Assembly (NCBI GenBank): GCA_965228855.1
Contig: CBDDIJ010000003.1
Span: forward strand, 2,336,001 to 2,400,000
Length of the DNA: 64,000 bases
Reading direction: 5' to 3'
Origin: Candidatus Obscuribacterales bacterium
GTDB lineage: Bacteria > Cyanobacteriota > Vampirovibrionia > Obscuribacterales > Obscuribacteraceae
This document shows positions 55,380-64,000 of the stretch, piece by piece (positions within the stretch are counted from its first letter, which is position 1; each line of letters opens with the position of its first letter). Position numbers and translations under genes: made by a program. The notes beneath the pieces are model-generated. The model saw only the letters and a list, made by a program, of their open reading frames with translations. It was not told where the DNA came from and made no database searches.

Positions 55380-57272
55380 GTGCAAAATAACCCTCAAAAC
55401 TTATCGACAATCTTCTTCAACCGAGTCGACGAGATGCGCGAATTTCCCGCGCTCCAGTTCAAAATAGGCAAAAATCCCTACCAGTCGATGAGCTGGACCG
55501 AACTCGGAAAAGTGGTCAGAGAAACCGCTTGTGGACTGGCTCATCTAGGATTGACTCCCAAGAGTAAAGTTGGAATCTTCTCGCAGACGGCTCACCTCTG
55601 GATAATTTCAGACTTTGCAGCCATCGCCAATGGTGCCGTGTCCGTTCCAATTTACCCGACCAGCTCGACATCGGATATCGAGTACATTTTGAACAACTCG
55701 AAGGCATCCTTTGTCTTTGTTCAAAACGAAAAACTTCTGGCAAAAGTGCTGGGTATCAAAGAAAAATTGCCCACGGTGAAATCGTTTATCGTCATGTATC
55801 CGGGCGCCGACAAGCGAGTCACGATCGAGGGTCTGGTCGAAGAACATAAGCTTCCGAACGGATCTGTTTTAACCTTTGAACAAGTGCGCGAACTTGGCGC
55901 ACAGAATGTGCAGAAGCTGGGTGGTTTAATCGAACAGCGTTCAAGAGCCACGAAGCTGGAGGATCTGGCGACAATTATCTACACATCAGGAACGACCGGC
56001 ACTCCCAAAGGTGTGCCGTTGACGCACTCCAATATCCTCGCCGTGTGCCATGACATGACGCACGTGTTGCCAATCTCCAGAGACGAAGTCTATCTCTCCT
56101 ACCTACCGCTCTCGCACGTCTTCGAGCGCATATGCGGTGAGTTCTACTGGATGCATAGCGGCGGCACATGCGCTTTCGCAGAGGGTATCGAACATTTAGG
56201 CAAGAATATGGCGGAATTAAAACCGTCCATGCTTCTTGTGGTTCCACGAGTTCTCGACAAAATCTATTCGAAGGTCAAGAGCGGCATTGATGGCGCTTCC
56301 GGACGTAGAAAGAAATTGATCGATTGGTCGCTCGAAGTGGCAAAAGAAGTGCGCAGAGAGCATGCCAAAGGCAAGAAGCTGAGACTGGGCTTGCAGGTGA
56401 AATACCTGGTCGCGGAAAAACTCGTGCTCAAGAAATTGCGCGAACGCATCGGACCAAATCTCAGATTGATCGTGAGCGGTGGAGCTCCGGCGACGCCGGA
56501 AACACTGGAATTCTTCGGAGCAGTGGGTATAACTACGCTCGAGGGATACGGGCTGACAGAGACATCTGCCCCTCTAGCCGTCAATCTCTGGCCAAAGAAC
56601 AAGCTTGGAACCGTAGGTCCGACATTGCCCTCGGTAGAAGCACGCGTCAGCGAAGAAGGCGAGTTGATGGTGCGCGGTGGTAGCATATTTAGTGGCTACT
56701 ACAATAATCCGGAAGCAACCAAAGAAGCCTTTGATCAGGGTTGGTTCAAAACAGGCGACATTGTAGCCATCGACCAGGAAGGCTATATCAAGATCACGGA
56801 CCGCAAGAAAGACATTATCGTCAACTCGTCCGGTAAGAACATCGCACCTCAAAAAATTGAGGCGGCTTTGAAAACCAACTTGCCTATGATAAATCAAGTA
56901 GTAATCTTCGGCGACAAGAAGAAATACCTGGCTGCCGTTGTCACCCTGGACGAACAACAGGCGATGGAGTTCTCTCGAGAACAGGGATGGCATTTTGACA
57001 CCATTCAAGAGCTGGCGAAGAGCAAGGAACTAAATCAGTATCTGAAAAAGGAATTCGCCAAGCGCACGACCGACCTTCCTGAGTACGAACAAGTCAAACG
57101 CTTCACTCTCTTGAGCGAGGAGTTGTCTGTGGAAGCCGGCGAACTGACAGCCACGTTGAAGATTAAGAGAAACGTGGTCGCTAAGAACTACAAACATCTT
57201 ATCGATGCGATGTACGACGAGGGCACCGCTGCCGCCGTTTCGTCACCCAATTACGTGAGCACCGGTCGATAG
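55380..57272 (+). CDS. Long-chain fatty acid--CoA/ACP ligase (AMP-dependent, FAA1/Aas-like)
   Basis: YTSGTTGTPKGV, YLPLSHVFER, VPRV, SGGAP, EGYGLTET, WFKTGD, DRKKDIIV.SSGKNIAP, LTATLKIKR. Start is GTG 55380 or 55344. Confidence 0.93.
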   Translation: MQNNPQNLSTIFFNRVDEMREFPALQFKIGKNPYQSMSWTELGKVVRETACGLAHLGLTPKSKVGIFSQTAHLWIISDFAAIANGAVSVPIYPTSSTSDIEYILNNSKASFVFVQNEKLLAKVLGIKEKLPTVKSFIVMYPGADKRVTIEGLVEEHKLPNGSVLTFEQVRELGAQNVQKLGGLIEQRSRATKLEDLATIIYTSGTTGTPKGVPLTHSNILAVCHDMTHVLPISRDEVYLSYLPLSHVFERICGEFYWMHSGGTCAFAEGIEHLGKNMAELKPSMLLVVPRVLDKIYSKVKSGIDGASGRRKKLIDWSLEVAKEVRREHAKGKKLRLGLQVKYLVAEKLVLKKLRERIGPNLRLIVSGGAPATPETLEFFGAVGITTLEGYGLTETSAPLAVNLWPKNKLGTVGPTLPSVEARVSEEGELMVRGGSIFSGYYNNPEATKEAFDQGWFKTGDIVAIDQEGYIKITDRKKDIIVNSSGKNIAPQKIEAALKTNLPMINQVVIFGDKKKYLAAVVTLDEQQAMEFSREQGWHFDTIQELAKSKELNQYLKKEFAKRTTDLPEYEQVKRFTLLSEELSVEAGELTATLKIKRNVVAKNYKHLIDAMYDEGTAAAVSSPNYVSTGR

Positions 57273-57294
57273 TTTCGGTTCCAAAGTAAAAAAC

Positions 57295-57324
57295 AAAAGA
57301 GCCGGAGCATTGCCCGGCTCTTTT
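57295..57324. terminator. Bidirectional intrinsic terminator
   Basis: AAAAGAGCCGG-AGCATTGC-CCGGCTCTTTT between convergent genes. Confidence 0.85.
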
Positions 57325-57354
57325 ATTATTTCTGTGGAACGGACTCGCTGTAGT

Positions 57355-58506
57355 CTAGCTAAGCAGCGGTGCGGAAGCCGTTCTGTCCGCCTTGTCGAGA
57401 GCCGCGACGCGCAACACTCTGCTGCGTCCAGCTTCGAGAACGAAGAGAGCACCATCTGAACCGAAGGCAACTCCGGTCGGATTGATCAGTCCTTGAAGGA
57501 ACATCTCAGTACGACCCTCTCTGTTGACCCGTATAACGGACCCGGCACGACCAGCGGTGACATAGAGCCTACCGAGACTGTCCATGGCGAGATTGCCGTC
57601 ATATCCGTCAGCAAAGTTGAAGCTATCCGATTCAGCGACGTTGACCCGCGATACTTCGCGTCCGTCAAGCGAGCGCTTCACGATCGAGCCGGTTGCGTGC
57701 TCGAGGCACCACAGGAAACCGTCAGGATCGAGAAGCAATCCCTGAGTTCCATGTCCGGCTCCACCGATCAGAACTTCATACTCACCGGTTCTGTCAATCT
57801 TGAAGATGCCACCCGTGTTGGAGGGGAAATTCGAGACATAGACTTCTTCGCGAGGTCCGATAGCCAGATCCGAAAGGAAAGTACCACCACCGGTGAGGGC
57901 ACCGTCAAGTTGCGCCAGGATGCGTCCCGACTTATTCGGGTCGATCTTGTAAACGGTTCCTTGAATGGTGGCAACGTACAGCACTCCTTTGCGATCGAAT
58001 CGCAAGCCGGAAATCGTGCTGTTGCCACGGATTCTAGCGTACTCGCTCGGTTGACCCGAGCTATCAACAAACCAGACACTGCCATCGCATGAGAAATAAA
58101 TTCCGCCAGGACCAGCGGTCATTCTCGAAAAGCGATTTGAATACGATGCGTTTAACTGCGAAAGAACTTTTACTGCATAGCCGCGGGGCGCGTCAGGCAG
58201 GTCGATGACTGTCTGCCCTTTGGCTGCGTCCTTTCCCTCTTTCTCCTCGGGCACCTCGTAACTTTCATCGGGTTCTTCGATTTCTGCCGTCGTTATATCT
58301 ATGTGGAGAATCAGATGCAGGGGAATTAAAATCCGACGGATATGAATCTGCCCGTCGCTTTCGTGTGAATACGACTCTACATCTATGTGATCGTGGTCCA
58401 CACCGAGTACGCGACCGGTCACCGTGTTGTGACAACCCATCCCGTACCAAATCTGAATTTTCTGCCTACTCTCGACAAAACCTTGAAGTCTGGTCCTGAA
58501 GCTCAT
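57355..58506 (-). CDS. Fusion of an N-terminal Sm/LSm-like small beta domain and an SMP-30/gluconolactonase-like beta-propeller
   Basis: N-terminus ...VTGRVLGVDHDHIDV...ILIPLHLILHI; propeller blades GLRFDRKGVLYVA, GLLLDPDGFLW, NLAMDSLGRLYV, PTGVAFGSDGALFV. Confidence 0.7.
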   Translation of the reverse strand: MSFRTRLQGFVESRQKIQIWYGMGCHNTVTGRVLGVDHDHIDVESYSHESDGQIHIRRILIPLHLILHIDITTAEIEEPDESYEVPEEKEGKDAAKGQTVIDLPDAPRGYAVKVLSQLNASYSNRFSRMTAGPGGIYFSCDGSVWFVDSSGQPSEYARIRGNSTISGLRFDRKGVLYVATIQGTVYKIDPNKSGRILAQLDGALTGGGTFLSDLAIGPREEVYVSNFPSNTGGIFKIDRTGEYEVLIGGAGHGTQGLLLDPDGFLWCLEHATGSIVKRSLDGREVSRVNVAESDSFNFADGYDGNLAMDSLGRLYVTAGRAGSVIRVNREGRTEMFLQGLINPTGVAFGSDGALFVLEAGRSRVLRVAALDKADRTASAPLLS

Positions 58507-58541
58507 ATACCTACACCTACTACCTCGGCTACCTTTACCTA

Positions 58542-58973
58542 TTACTCAGCCTTATTTTCGCGAACCTTTGGTTTCCCTTCTTCTAAATTATCATCTGACC
58601 ACTCATCTTCATCAACTACCAGAGCATGGTTCCAGAATTGCTCCAGTTTGTAGTAGTCCCTTTCCTTCTCTTGCAGGACGTGAATTATAACGTCACCGAA
58701 GTCAAGAAGCACCCATCTGCCCTCGGTCATCCCTTCCATCGATTTAGGTTTTCGACCGAATTTCGCAAAACTGTCTGCAATTTCTTCTGCAATCGCTTTG
58801 ACCTGAGCCTTGGATTCACCTCCAGTGAATACAAAGTAGTCGGCGAGAAGAGTTACTTGCTTAACATCCAGGACTACCGTTGATTTTGCTTTTTTTCTAA
58901 CTGCCGCGTTGGCGGCTTGAAAAGCGGCTTCTCTGGATCCCGTGGATGATGGTGTAGCGGATCGTTGTCCCAA
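58542..58973 (-). CDS. rsfS: Ribosome silencing factor RsfS (Iojap)
   Basis: KKA..VVLDV...LADYFV, QVKAIA, EG..WVLLDFGDVIIHV...R.YY.LE.FW. Probable TTG 58973 after AGGA. Confidence 0.93.
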   Translation of the reverse strand: MGQRSATPSSTGSREAAFQAANAAVRKKAKSTVVLDVKQVTLLADYFVFTGGESKAQVKAIAEEIADSFAKFGRKPKSMEGMTEGRWVLLDFGDVIIHVLQEKERDYYKLEQFWNHALVVDEDEWSDDNLEEGKPKVRENKAE

Positions 58974-59236
58974 GTCAGTCCTACTCTCTATGAACGGTAC
59001 TATAGTATGTTCCCAAACTATCTCACTTTTCACGCTATAAAAGTAAGATTTTGACCTTAGAACAGCATCTCAAATCTGTAAATCCAAAACTTTTTTGCAT
59101 GAAAGAGCGAATTTTATCGTCTGATGGTTGTTTCGGGACTTAAGATGCTGTATTCTCCCGTATTACGTGGTTTTGCAATCGTGCAAATGACCGCGTAGTT
59201 TAGGATCACAAGCCTTGTGGGACAGGAGGAAACTCT

Positions 59237-59515
59237 GTGAATAAAGCAGAACTAGCTGCTGCAATAGCCGACCGCACCAACAATACTAAGAAGTCAGTTG
59301 AAGAGATGCTTCAAGCACTCACCGAAGTTGTTATCGACACCGTTGCAAAAGGTGATCGCGTAACTTTGGTTGGCTTCGGAACATTCGAACGCCGTCAGCG
59401 TAACGCTCGGGAAACAAACAATCCGCAAAAACCCGGCGAAAAAATCAAAGTTCCAGCGAAGAGAGTGCCAGCATTCTCGCCCGGAAAAGAGTTCAAAGAA
59501 AAAGTAAACGGCTAA
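59237..59515 (+). CDS. hup: Histone-like DNA-binding protein HU
   Basis: MNKAEL, VTLVGFGTFE.R.R.AR, VPAF.PGK.FKE.V; AGGAGG SD. Confidence 0.95.
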   Translation: MNKAELAAAIADRTNNTKKSVEEMLQALTEVVIDTVAKGDRVTLVGFGTFERRQRNARETNNPQKPGEKIKVPAKRVPAFSPGKEFKEKVNG

Positions 59516-59542
59516 TTCTTTGGAAAAGCGCTAAAAAACAAG

Positions 59543-59577
59543 AAGAGGGATATCTAACGATGTCCCTCTTTCTGTTT
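59543..59577 (+). terminator. Intrinsic terminator after the HU gene
   Basis: AAGAGGGATATC-TAAC-GATGTCCCTCTT followed by TCTGTTT. Confidence 0.8.
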
Positions 59578-59791
59578 GAAGTCCTGGTATTTGCATCCTC
59601 AACTCGACTAGAAACGATGCAATGTTATTGAGTCGAAACCAATTATGCTCTTCACAACACAGCTGCTAGAGCCATCTTTATGCAAATCAGGTGAATGGTT
59701 TATTTTGTAAACGAATTGAACGAGGTTTATCCGACTCAATTTAATTTCGGAAATCTCGGATTAAATGTCTGTCGAAGGTCCGCTTGAATGC

Positions 59792-60862
59792 CTATTCTTC
59801 CACTTCAGGCTCTTCTTCTACGCCCATTACATCTTCAGGATTGTCTACATCGCTTTTACCACTGGAAGTATCCTGACCCGGCGAGGCGGTCTCCGCCGGT
59901 TCAGTCTCAGCGCCGGATTTCACGGAGCCATCCTCGTGATGAGTTCGCTTCCAGACTGCGTCAATTCCCATTGGTTTATATCGAGGAACGTATTTCAGAC
60001 ACTCCTGCGCTTTATTTGCCTCATGGCGAGCCTCTTCAGAGTGCCCGGTTTTATCCAGAGTGAGCGCCCACAATTTGTGAACACGCGGATCATTTGGATT
60101 ATTTCTCACCGCATCCTGAGCTTTCGCAAGCGCAAGCTGCCACTGCCCGGAGGCTGCGAGCATGTTTACGAGAGACACGGAGGCTTCGACGAATGTCGGA
60201 CGTATATTGAGACAGCGCATATAGCTGTCTCGTGCGGTCAAAATGTCTCTTGCGCCCTCGGCCGCCTGCCCGAGTTCATAGTGCACCAGAGCCTCATTGA
60301 TACTCGGCTCACCGGTTCGCTGATAGCCGCGGGCGTCATTGAAAAGCTTCCATGATTCTGTCAACTTGCCGACTGCAGAGCTATAATCCCCACGCATTCG
60401 AGCGTTGATTCCCTCGTCGTACAGTCGATAAGCGCGAGCCATCATCTGATACGACGATTCGCGGCGATTGTTGGCTTCGATTTGCTCAGGTGACGGAGGG
60501 GCAGGTTTAGCCGCCTGCTTTGGCTCCTCGTGATGATGGTGATGCACATGCCGTGCTCTGCTCCCACGAGCGACAGTTTCCCTCTTCGACTTACCATGCC
60601 CTTTTCCACGAGAACTTGACGCGGTTCGAGAAGACTTCCCTCTTGAGGAAGACTTGGTAGCGTGAGTAGAACTTTTGCGAGAGGTCGAACTCTTCGAGGT
60701 CTTAGTGGATGTCGATTTTTTCGACGTCCTGGCGGAAGACGACTTCTTAGTCGTCTTCCCGTAGACGGCACCACATGAGCCACCATCCGTTATTAAACAG
60801 ACGGGCGCAATCAGAAGCAGTAAAGCAAGAAAGAATCCAGTAATGCGTTTCACTAGATACAT
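59792..60862 (-). CDS. Secreted or membrane-anchored TPR protein with a Ser/Lys/Arg-rich basic region and His tract
   Basis: Hydrophobic N-terminus, KKSSSARTSKK... region, HVHHHHHE, and about 4 TPR units. Confidence 0.78.
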   Translation of the reverse strand: MYLVKRITGFFLALLLLIAPVCLITDGGSCGAVYGKTTKKSSSARTSKKSTSTKTSKSSTSRKSSTHATKSSSRGKSSRTASSSRGKGHGKSKRETVARGSRARHVHHHHHEEPKQAAKPAPPSPEQIEANNRRESSYQMMARAYRLYDEGINARMRGDYSSAVGKLTESWKLFNDARGYQRTGEPSINEALVHYELGQAAEGARDILTARDSYMRCLNIRPTFVEASVSLVNMLAASGQWQLALAKAQDAVRNNPNDPRVHKLWALTLDKTGHSEEARHEANKAQECLKYVPRYKPMGIDAVWKRTHHEDGSVKSGAETEPAETASPGQDTSSGKSDVDNPEDVMGVEEEPEVEE

Positions 60863-60878
60863 CTTAGATCGTTGGAAA

Positions 60879-63038
60879 CTACGATGCTGGGCTGGGCTCG
60901 ATTCCGAATTGTGCTTTTTCTTCGTCAGTGACTTCTTTCATCGTCAGGTTGACGCGGTTGCGGTCATCGATTTCTCTAACTTTGACAACAACTCGCTGAC
61001 CCACAGATACAACATCTTCCACTTTCGCGACCCGACGATTTTCAAGTTGCGAGATGTGGACCATGCCTTCCTTGCCGGGCAACAACTCAACAAAGCATCC
61101 TACCGGAATGATTCTGGTGACTCGACCAGCGTAGATGCCGCCTGGCTCAATCCGCTTTACAAGCTGCAGAATCATATCGCGAGCAGCCTCTCCACCCATT
61201 GCTTCGACGGAACCGATTACGACGGTGCCGTCGTCCTCGATATCGATCGTCGCACCGGTTTCTTCGATGATTCTTCTGATCATCTTTCCACCAGGTCCAA
61301 TAACCGTTCCGATATCGTCCGGATCGATCTTAATGGTGATAAGACGCGGAGCCCACTTCGAGAGGTTTTCTCTGTGCTTCGGTAATACCGCTTCCATCTT
61401 GTCGATGATATGCATTCTTCCAAGTCTGGCTTGTTCAAGCGCCACTCTCATGATTTCGATCGAGATTCCTTGAACTTTGATGTCCATCTGAAGCGCAGTG
61501 ATACCATCCCTGGAGCCTGCCACTTTGAAGTCCATGTCGCCGAGGAAGTCTTCGAGCCCTTGAATATCCGAAAGAATCGCGAACCGATCACCTTCAAGAA
61601 TCAGACCCATTGCGATACCACCCACGGTAGCGCTGAGAGGCACACCCGCGTCCATCAAAGCAAGACTGGATCCGCAAGTCGAAGCCATCGAGGTTGAACC
61701 GTTGGACTCGAGAACTTCGGATACAACGCGCAGAGTGTACGGGAAAGAAGCTTGATCGGGAAGAACGGGCATAATCGCACGTTCAGCTAGGGCACCGTGA
61801 CCAATTTCACGACGACCGGGTCCGCGCATCGGCTTGACTTCGCCGACCGAGAAACCAGGGAAGTTGTAGTGGTGCATGTAGCGTTTTTCAGTCACCGGAT
61901 CGATTGAATCCAGTTTTTGCGCATCACCGGCGATACCGAGTGTTGCGACTGAAAGAACCTGAGTTGTGCCACGAGTGAACAATCCGGTACCGTGAGTTCT
62001 TGGCAGGATGCCGACTTCAACGGTGATTGGGCGGATCTCGTCACACTTGCGACCATCAGCGCGAACACCGGTGTCCAGGACTTGAGCCCGCATCAATTCT
62101 GCTTCGTATTCTTCCAAATATGCTTTGAGCGTATTTTTGGAAACCGTTTTGAGTTCGTTCTCTTCCGGCAATTCGGCAATGGCGTTGACAAGATTGTTGT
62201 ATGACTCCTCGATGTATTTTGCGCGAGTGCCTTTGTCGGTCACGCGATTCATCGAGTTTTTAAGAGCTTCAGTGCAATGTGCATGAATCAGTTCGTTAAG
62301 AGCATCATTCTTCGTCGGCTGTTCATACGGCAGCGGCTCGATACCCAGAGCTTTAAAGAATTCAAGCTGCAGGGCAACTTGCTTCTTGATCTGTGTGTGA
62401 CCGTAGTCGATAGCAGCAAGTACGTCCTTTTCGCTGACGAGCTTGCAGCCAGCCTCAACCATCATGATCGAGTCTGCCGTTCCAGCAACAACAATATCCA
62501 TGTCGGACTCGTCGATTTGCTCATACGTCGGGTTGGCAATGAGCTTTCCTTTAACTCGAGCAACACGAACCGCTCCAAGCGGACCAGCAAACGGCAATCC
62601 ACCAAGACCGATCGCAACCGAAGCACCCAGCATGGCCAGAGTGTCAGGAGGGTTGACCTGGTCAGCGCTCATAGCTGTCGCGACGACTTGAACATCCTTT
62701 CTATATGTATAGTCAAACAGCGGACGGATCGGTCTGTCGATCAGACGGCTGGTCAAAATAGCTCTGTCAGGCGCTCTTCCTTCTCTTCGGAGAAAGCTTC
62801 CAGGAACACGACCAACTGCGTAGAGTTTTTCTTCGTAGTCGATGAGGAGCGGGAAGAAGTCGATTCCATCACGAGCTTCTCTGCTTTGCGTGGCGGTGAC
62901 CAGCACCATAGTGTCTCCACAATAAACTTCGCAAGCACCGGACGCTTGCTTGGCAAGCCGACCCGTCTTGACCGTCACTTGCTTGCCATCGATTTCGACT
63001 TCGAAACTTTTGGTTCCTTGACCTTCTAGCATTTGCAC
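60879..63038 (-). CDS. pnp: Polyribonucleotide nucleotidyltransferase (PNPase)
   Basis: GRLAKQASG, FFPL.IDYEEK, SRLIDRPIRPLF, RREIGHG, SNGSTSMAS, DFLGDMDFKVAG, KH motif IGPGGK, S1 domain. GTG 63038 after GAGGT. Confidence 0.98.
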   Translation of the reverse strand: MQMLEGQGTKSFEVEIDGKQVTVKTGRLAKQASGACEVYCGDTMVLVTATQSREARDGIDFFPLLIDYEEKLYAVGRVPGSFLRREGRAPDRAILTSRLIDRPIRPLFDYTYRKDVQVVATAMSADQVNPPDTLAMLGASVAIGLGGLPFAGPLGAVRVARVKGKLIANPTYEQIDESDMDIVVAGTADSIMMVEAGCKLVSEKDVLAAIDYGHTQIKKQVALQLEFFKALGIEPLPYEQPTKNDALNELIHAHCTEALKNSMNRVTDKGTRAKYIEESYNNLVNAIAELPEENELKTVSKNTLKAYLEEYEAELMRAQVLDTGVRADGRKCDEIRPITVEVGILPRTHGTGLFTRGTTQVLSVATLGIAGDAQKLDSIDPVTEKRYMHHYNFPGFSVGEVKPMRGPGRREIGHGALAERAIMPVLPDQASFPYTLRVVSEVLESNGSTSMASTCGSSLALMDAGVPLSATVGGIAMGLILEGDRFAILSDIQGLEDFLGDMDFKVAGSRDGITALQMDIKVQGISIEIMRVALEQARLGRMHIIDKMEAVLPKHRENLSKWAPRLITIKIDPDDIGTVIGPGGKMIRRIIEETGATIDIEDDGTVVIGSVEAMGGEAARDMILQLVKRIEPGGIYAGRVTRIIPVGCFVELLPGKEGMVHISQLENRRVAKVEDVVSVGQRVVVKVREIDDRNRVNLTMKEVTDEEKAQFGIEPSPAS

Positions 63039-63211
63039 TTCAATTACCTCTTTGCGGGTATTGGTGGACTGTAAACGACACAAAAACGACACTTATCAAG
63101 TGGAGAGCGAACGGAAAAACTGTCCGAGCCCCTATTAGGCTGCCCGCACAGTTTGCTTCTTCACTGATGATGAGGCTTGAGTTTCAATACCTTAAAACTC
63201 AGCGATTCCAC

Positions 63212-63238
63212 AAAACAGGCGAGCTAACTGCCCGCCTG
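63212..63238 (-). terminator. Intrinsic terminator after rpsO
   Basis: Minus strand CAGGCGGGC-AGTTA-GCTCGCCTG-TTTT. Confidence 0.75.
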
Positions 63239-63243
63239 AGTAA

Positions 63244-63513
63244 CTATCTTCTTAATCCGAGTTTTTCAATTAGTTTTTTGTACCGACCATGGTCTTCACG
63301 GTTCAAGTACTGGAGAAGGCGGCGTCTTTTGCCGACCATCATCAACAGTCCGCGTTGGCTCTGGAAGTCTTTCTTGTTCGACTTCAAGTGACCGGTGAGC
63401 TCGTTGATGCGTTCGGTCAACATGGCGACCTGAACTTCCGGCGAGCCCGTGTCCTTGTCGTTGACGCGGTGGTTATCGATAATCTCTTTCTTTTTCTCTA
63501 AAGCAAGTCCCAT
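63244..63513 (-). CDS. rpsO: 30S ribosomal protein S15
   Basis: [18 protein letters not shown]...[18 protein letters not shown]; classic rpsO-pnp order. Confidence 0.98.
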   Translation of the reverse strand: MGLALEKKKEIIDNHRVNDKDTGSPEVQVAMLTERINELTGHLKSNKKDFQSQRGLLMMVGKRRRLLQYLNREDHGRYKKLIEKLGLRR

Positions 63514-63647
63514 TAGTTCATTCCAATTAAGTTATAGTTCTAATTTTGTGAAAGCAGATCATAACATAAGATGTCTGGTGCCCTTCAGCGCAATTTACGT
63601 CTTATTGCTTTGAAGTTACACTTCTTCAATTCAGCCAGGAGACCAGG

Positions 63648-64000
63648 GTGAGCAAGAACAAGCGCTTCCGGATTAGAGACATCTTCATCAAATATCCGCT
63701 GCTCGACCAATTGCGTATAGAAACAATAGCAACTTTGTTCGATAAAGGCATTAGCTTGCTTGACGATTCTTTTCGTTCAACCGCCGTAATAAGCCCTGGG
63801 GCGCAGCCTTACGTTGCCGCAGTCAATATGGGCAAACGCCGACCCAAGATTTCAGGAAAGAAACCATGCATATTCGCCTACTACCACGGCGAGATGGTCA
63901 CATTGATGGCGCTCTGCCCACGTGCCAACATGGTCACCCTGGCTAGCAACAGCCGCGATGGCGAGATGATCGCGCGCGCCGCAGTGCGAATGGGTTTTGG
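63648..64000 (+). CDS. DUF374 / lysophospholipid-acyltransferase-like protein, 3'-truncated by the window (not in the ORF track)
   Basis: Translated by hand from GTG 63648 (CAGGAG SD): MSKNKRFRIRDIF...PCIFAYYHGEM...TLASNSRDGEMIARAAVRMGF, open to the window end. Confidence 0.75.
   Translation, partial: MSKNKRFRIRDIFIKYPLLDQLRIETIATLFDKGISLLDDSFRSTAVISPGAQPYVAAVNMGKRRPKISGKKPCIFAYYHGEMVTLMALCPRANMVTLASNSRDGEMIARAAVRMGF

Noticed and set aside
60843..63029. Plus-strand ORFs opposite pnp (180 and 250 aa, and others)
   Set aside because: They are antisense to a highly conserved gene.
63514..63600. S15 autoregulatory leader upstream of rpsO
   Set aside because: Only a weak hairpin is visible and I cannot match it to a known S15 leader family without a covariance search.

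Overview
This is a gene-dense bacterial chromosomal window. I saw no rRNA, tRNA, CRISPR array or transposase. The gene mix suggests a non-photosynthetic relative of Cyanobacteria (Melainabacteria/Vampirovibrionia, Obscuribacter-like). That taxonomy is inferred from a cyanobacterial-type HU and single-RRM protein, many TPR proteins, membrane Hanks kinases and large low-complexity proteins; I did not compute it. Recognisable housekeeping and metabolic genes are phhB, an HtrA protease, tdh-kbl, fabI, etfB-etfA plus an ETF:quinone oxidoreductase, corA, S8 and S9 peptidases, a TetR regulator, a lysophospholipase-like hydrolase, a long-chain acyl ligase, rsfS, HU, pnp and rpsO. Best novelty candidates: (1) a Tad/Flp (TadE-like) pseudopilin fused through a Ser/Thr linker to an apparently intact GH114 polygalactosaminidase, i.e. 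a possible pilus-displayed exopolysaccharide hydrolase, divergent from a coupled pair of atypical membrane kinases; (2) a two-gene locus of a disordered protein ending in a degenerate restriction-endonuclease-like domain and a membrane-anchored pseudo-receiver protein with 12 W-G-D-L-D-S-I motifs, separated by a perfect (AAC)17 microsatellite; (3) an ETF with bifurcating-type motifs and a fused FixC/FixX-like partner; (4) an Sm-like fold fused to a beta-propeller; and (5) several structured leaders and small membrane ORFs absent from the ORF track. All family calls come from motif recognition by eye, not database searches.
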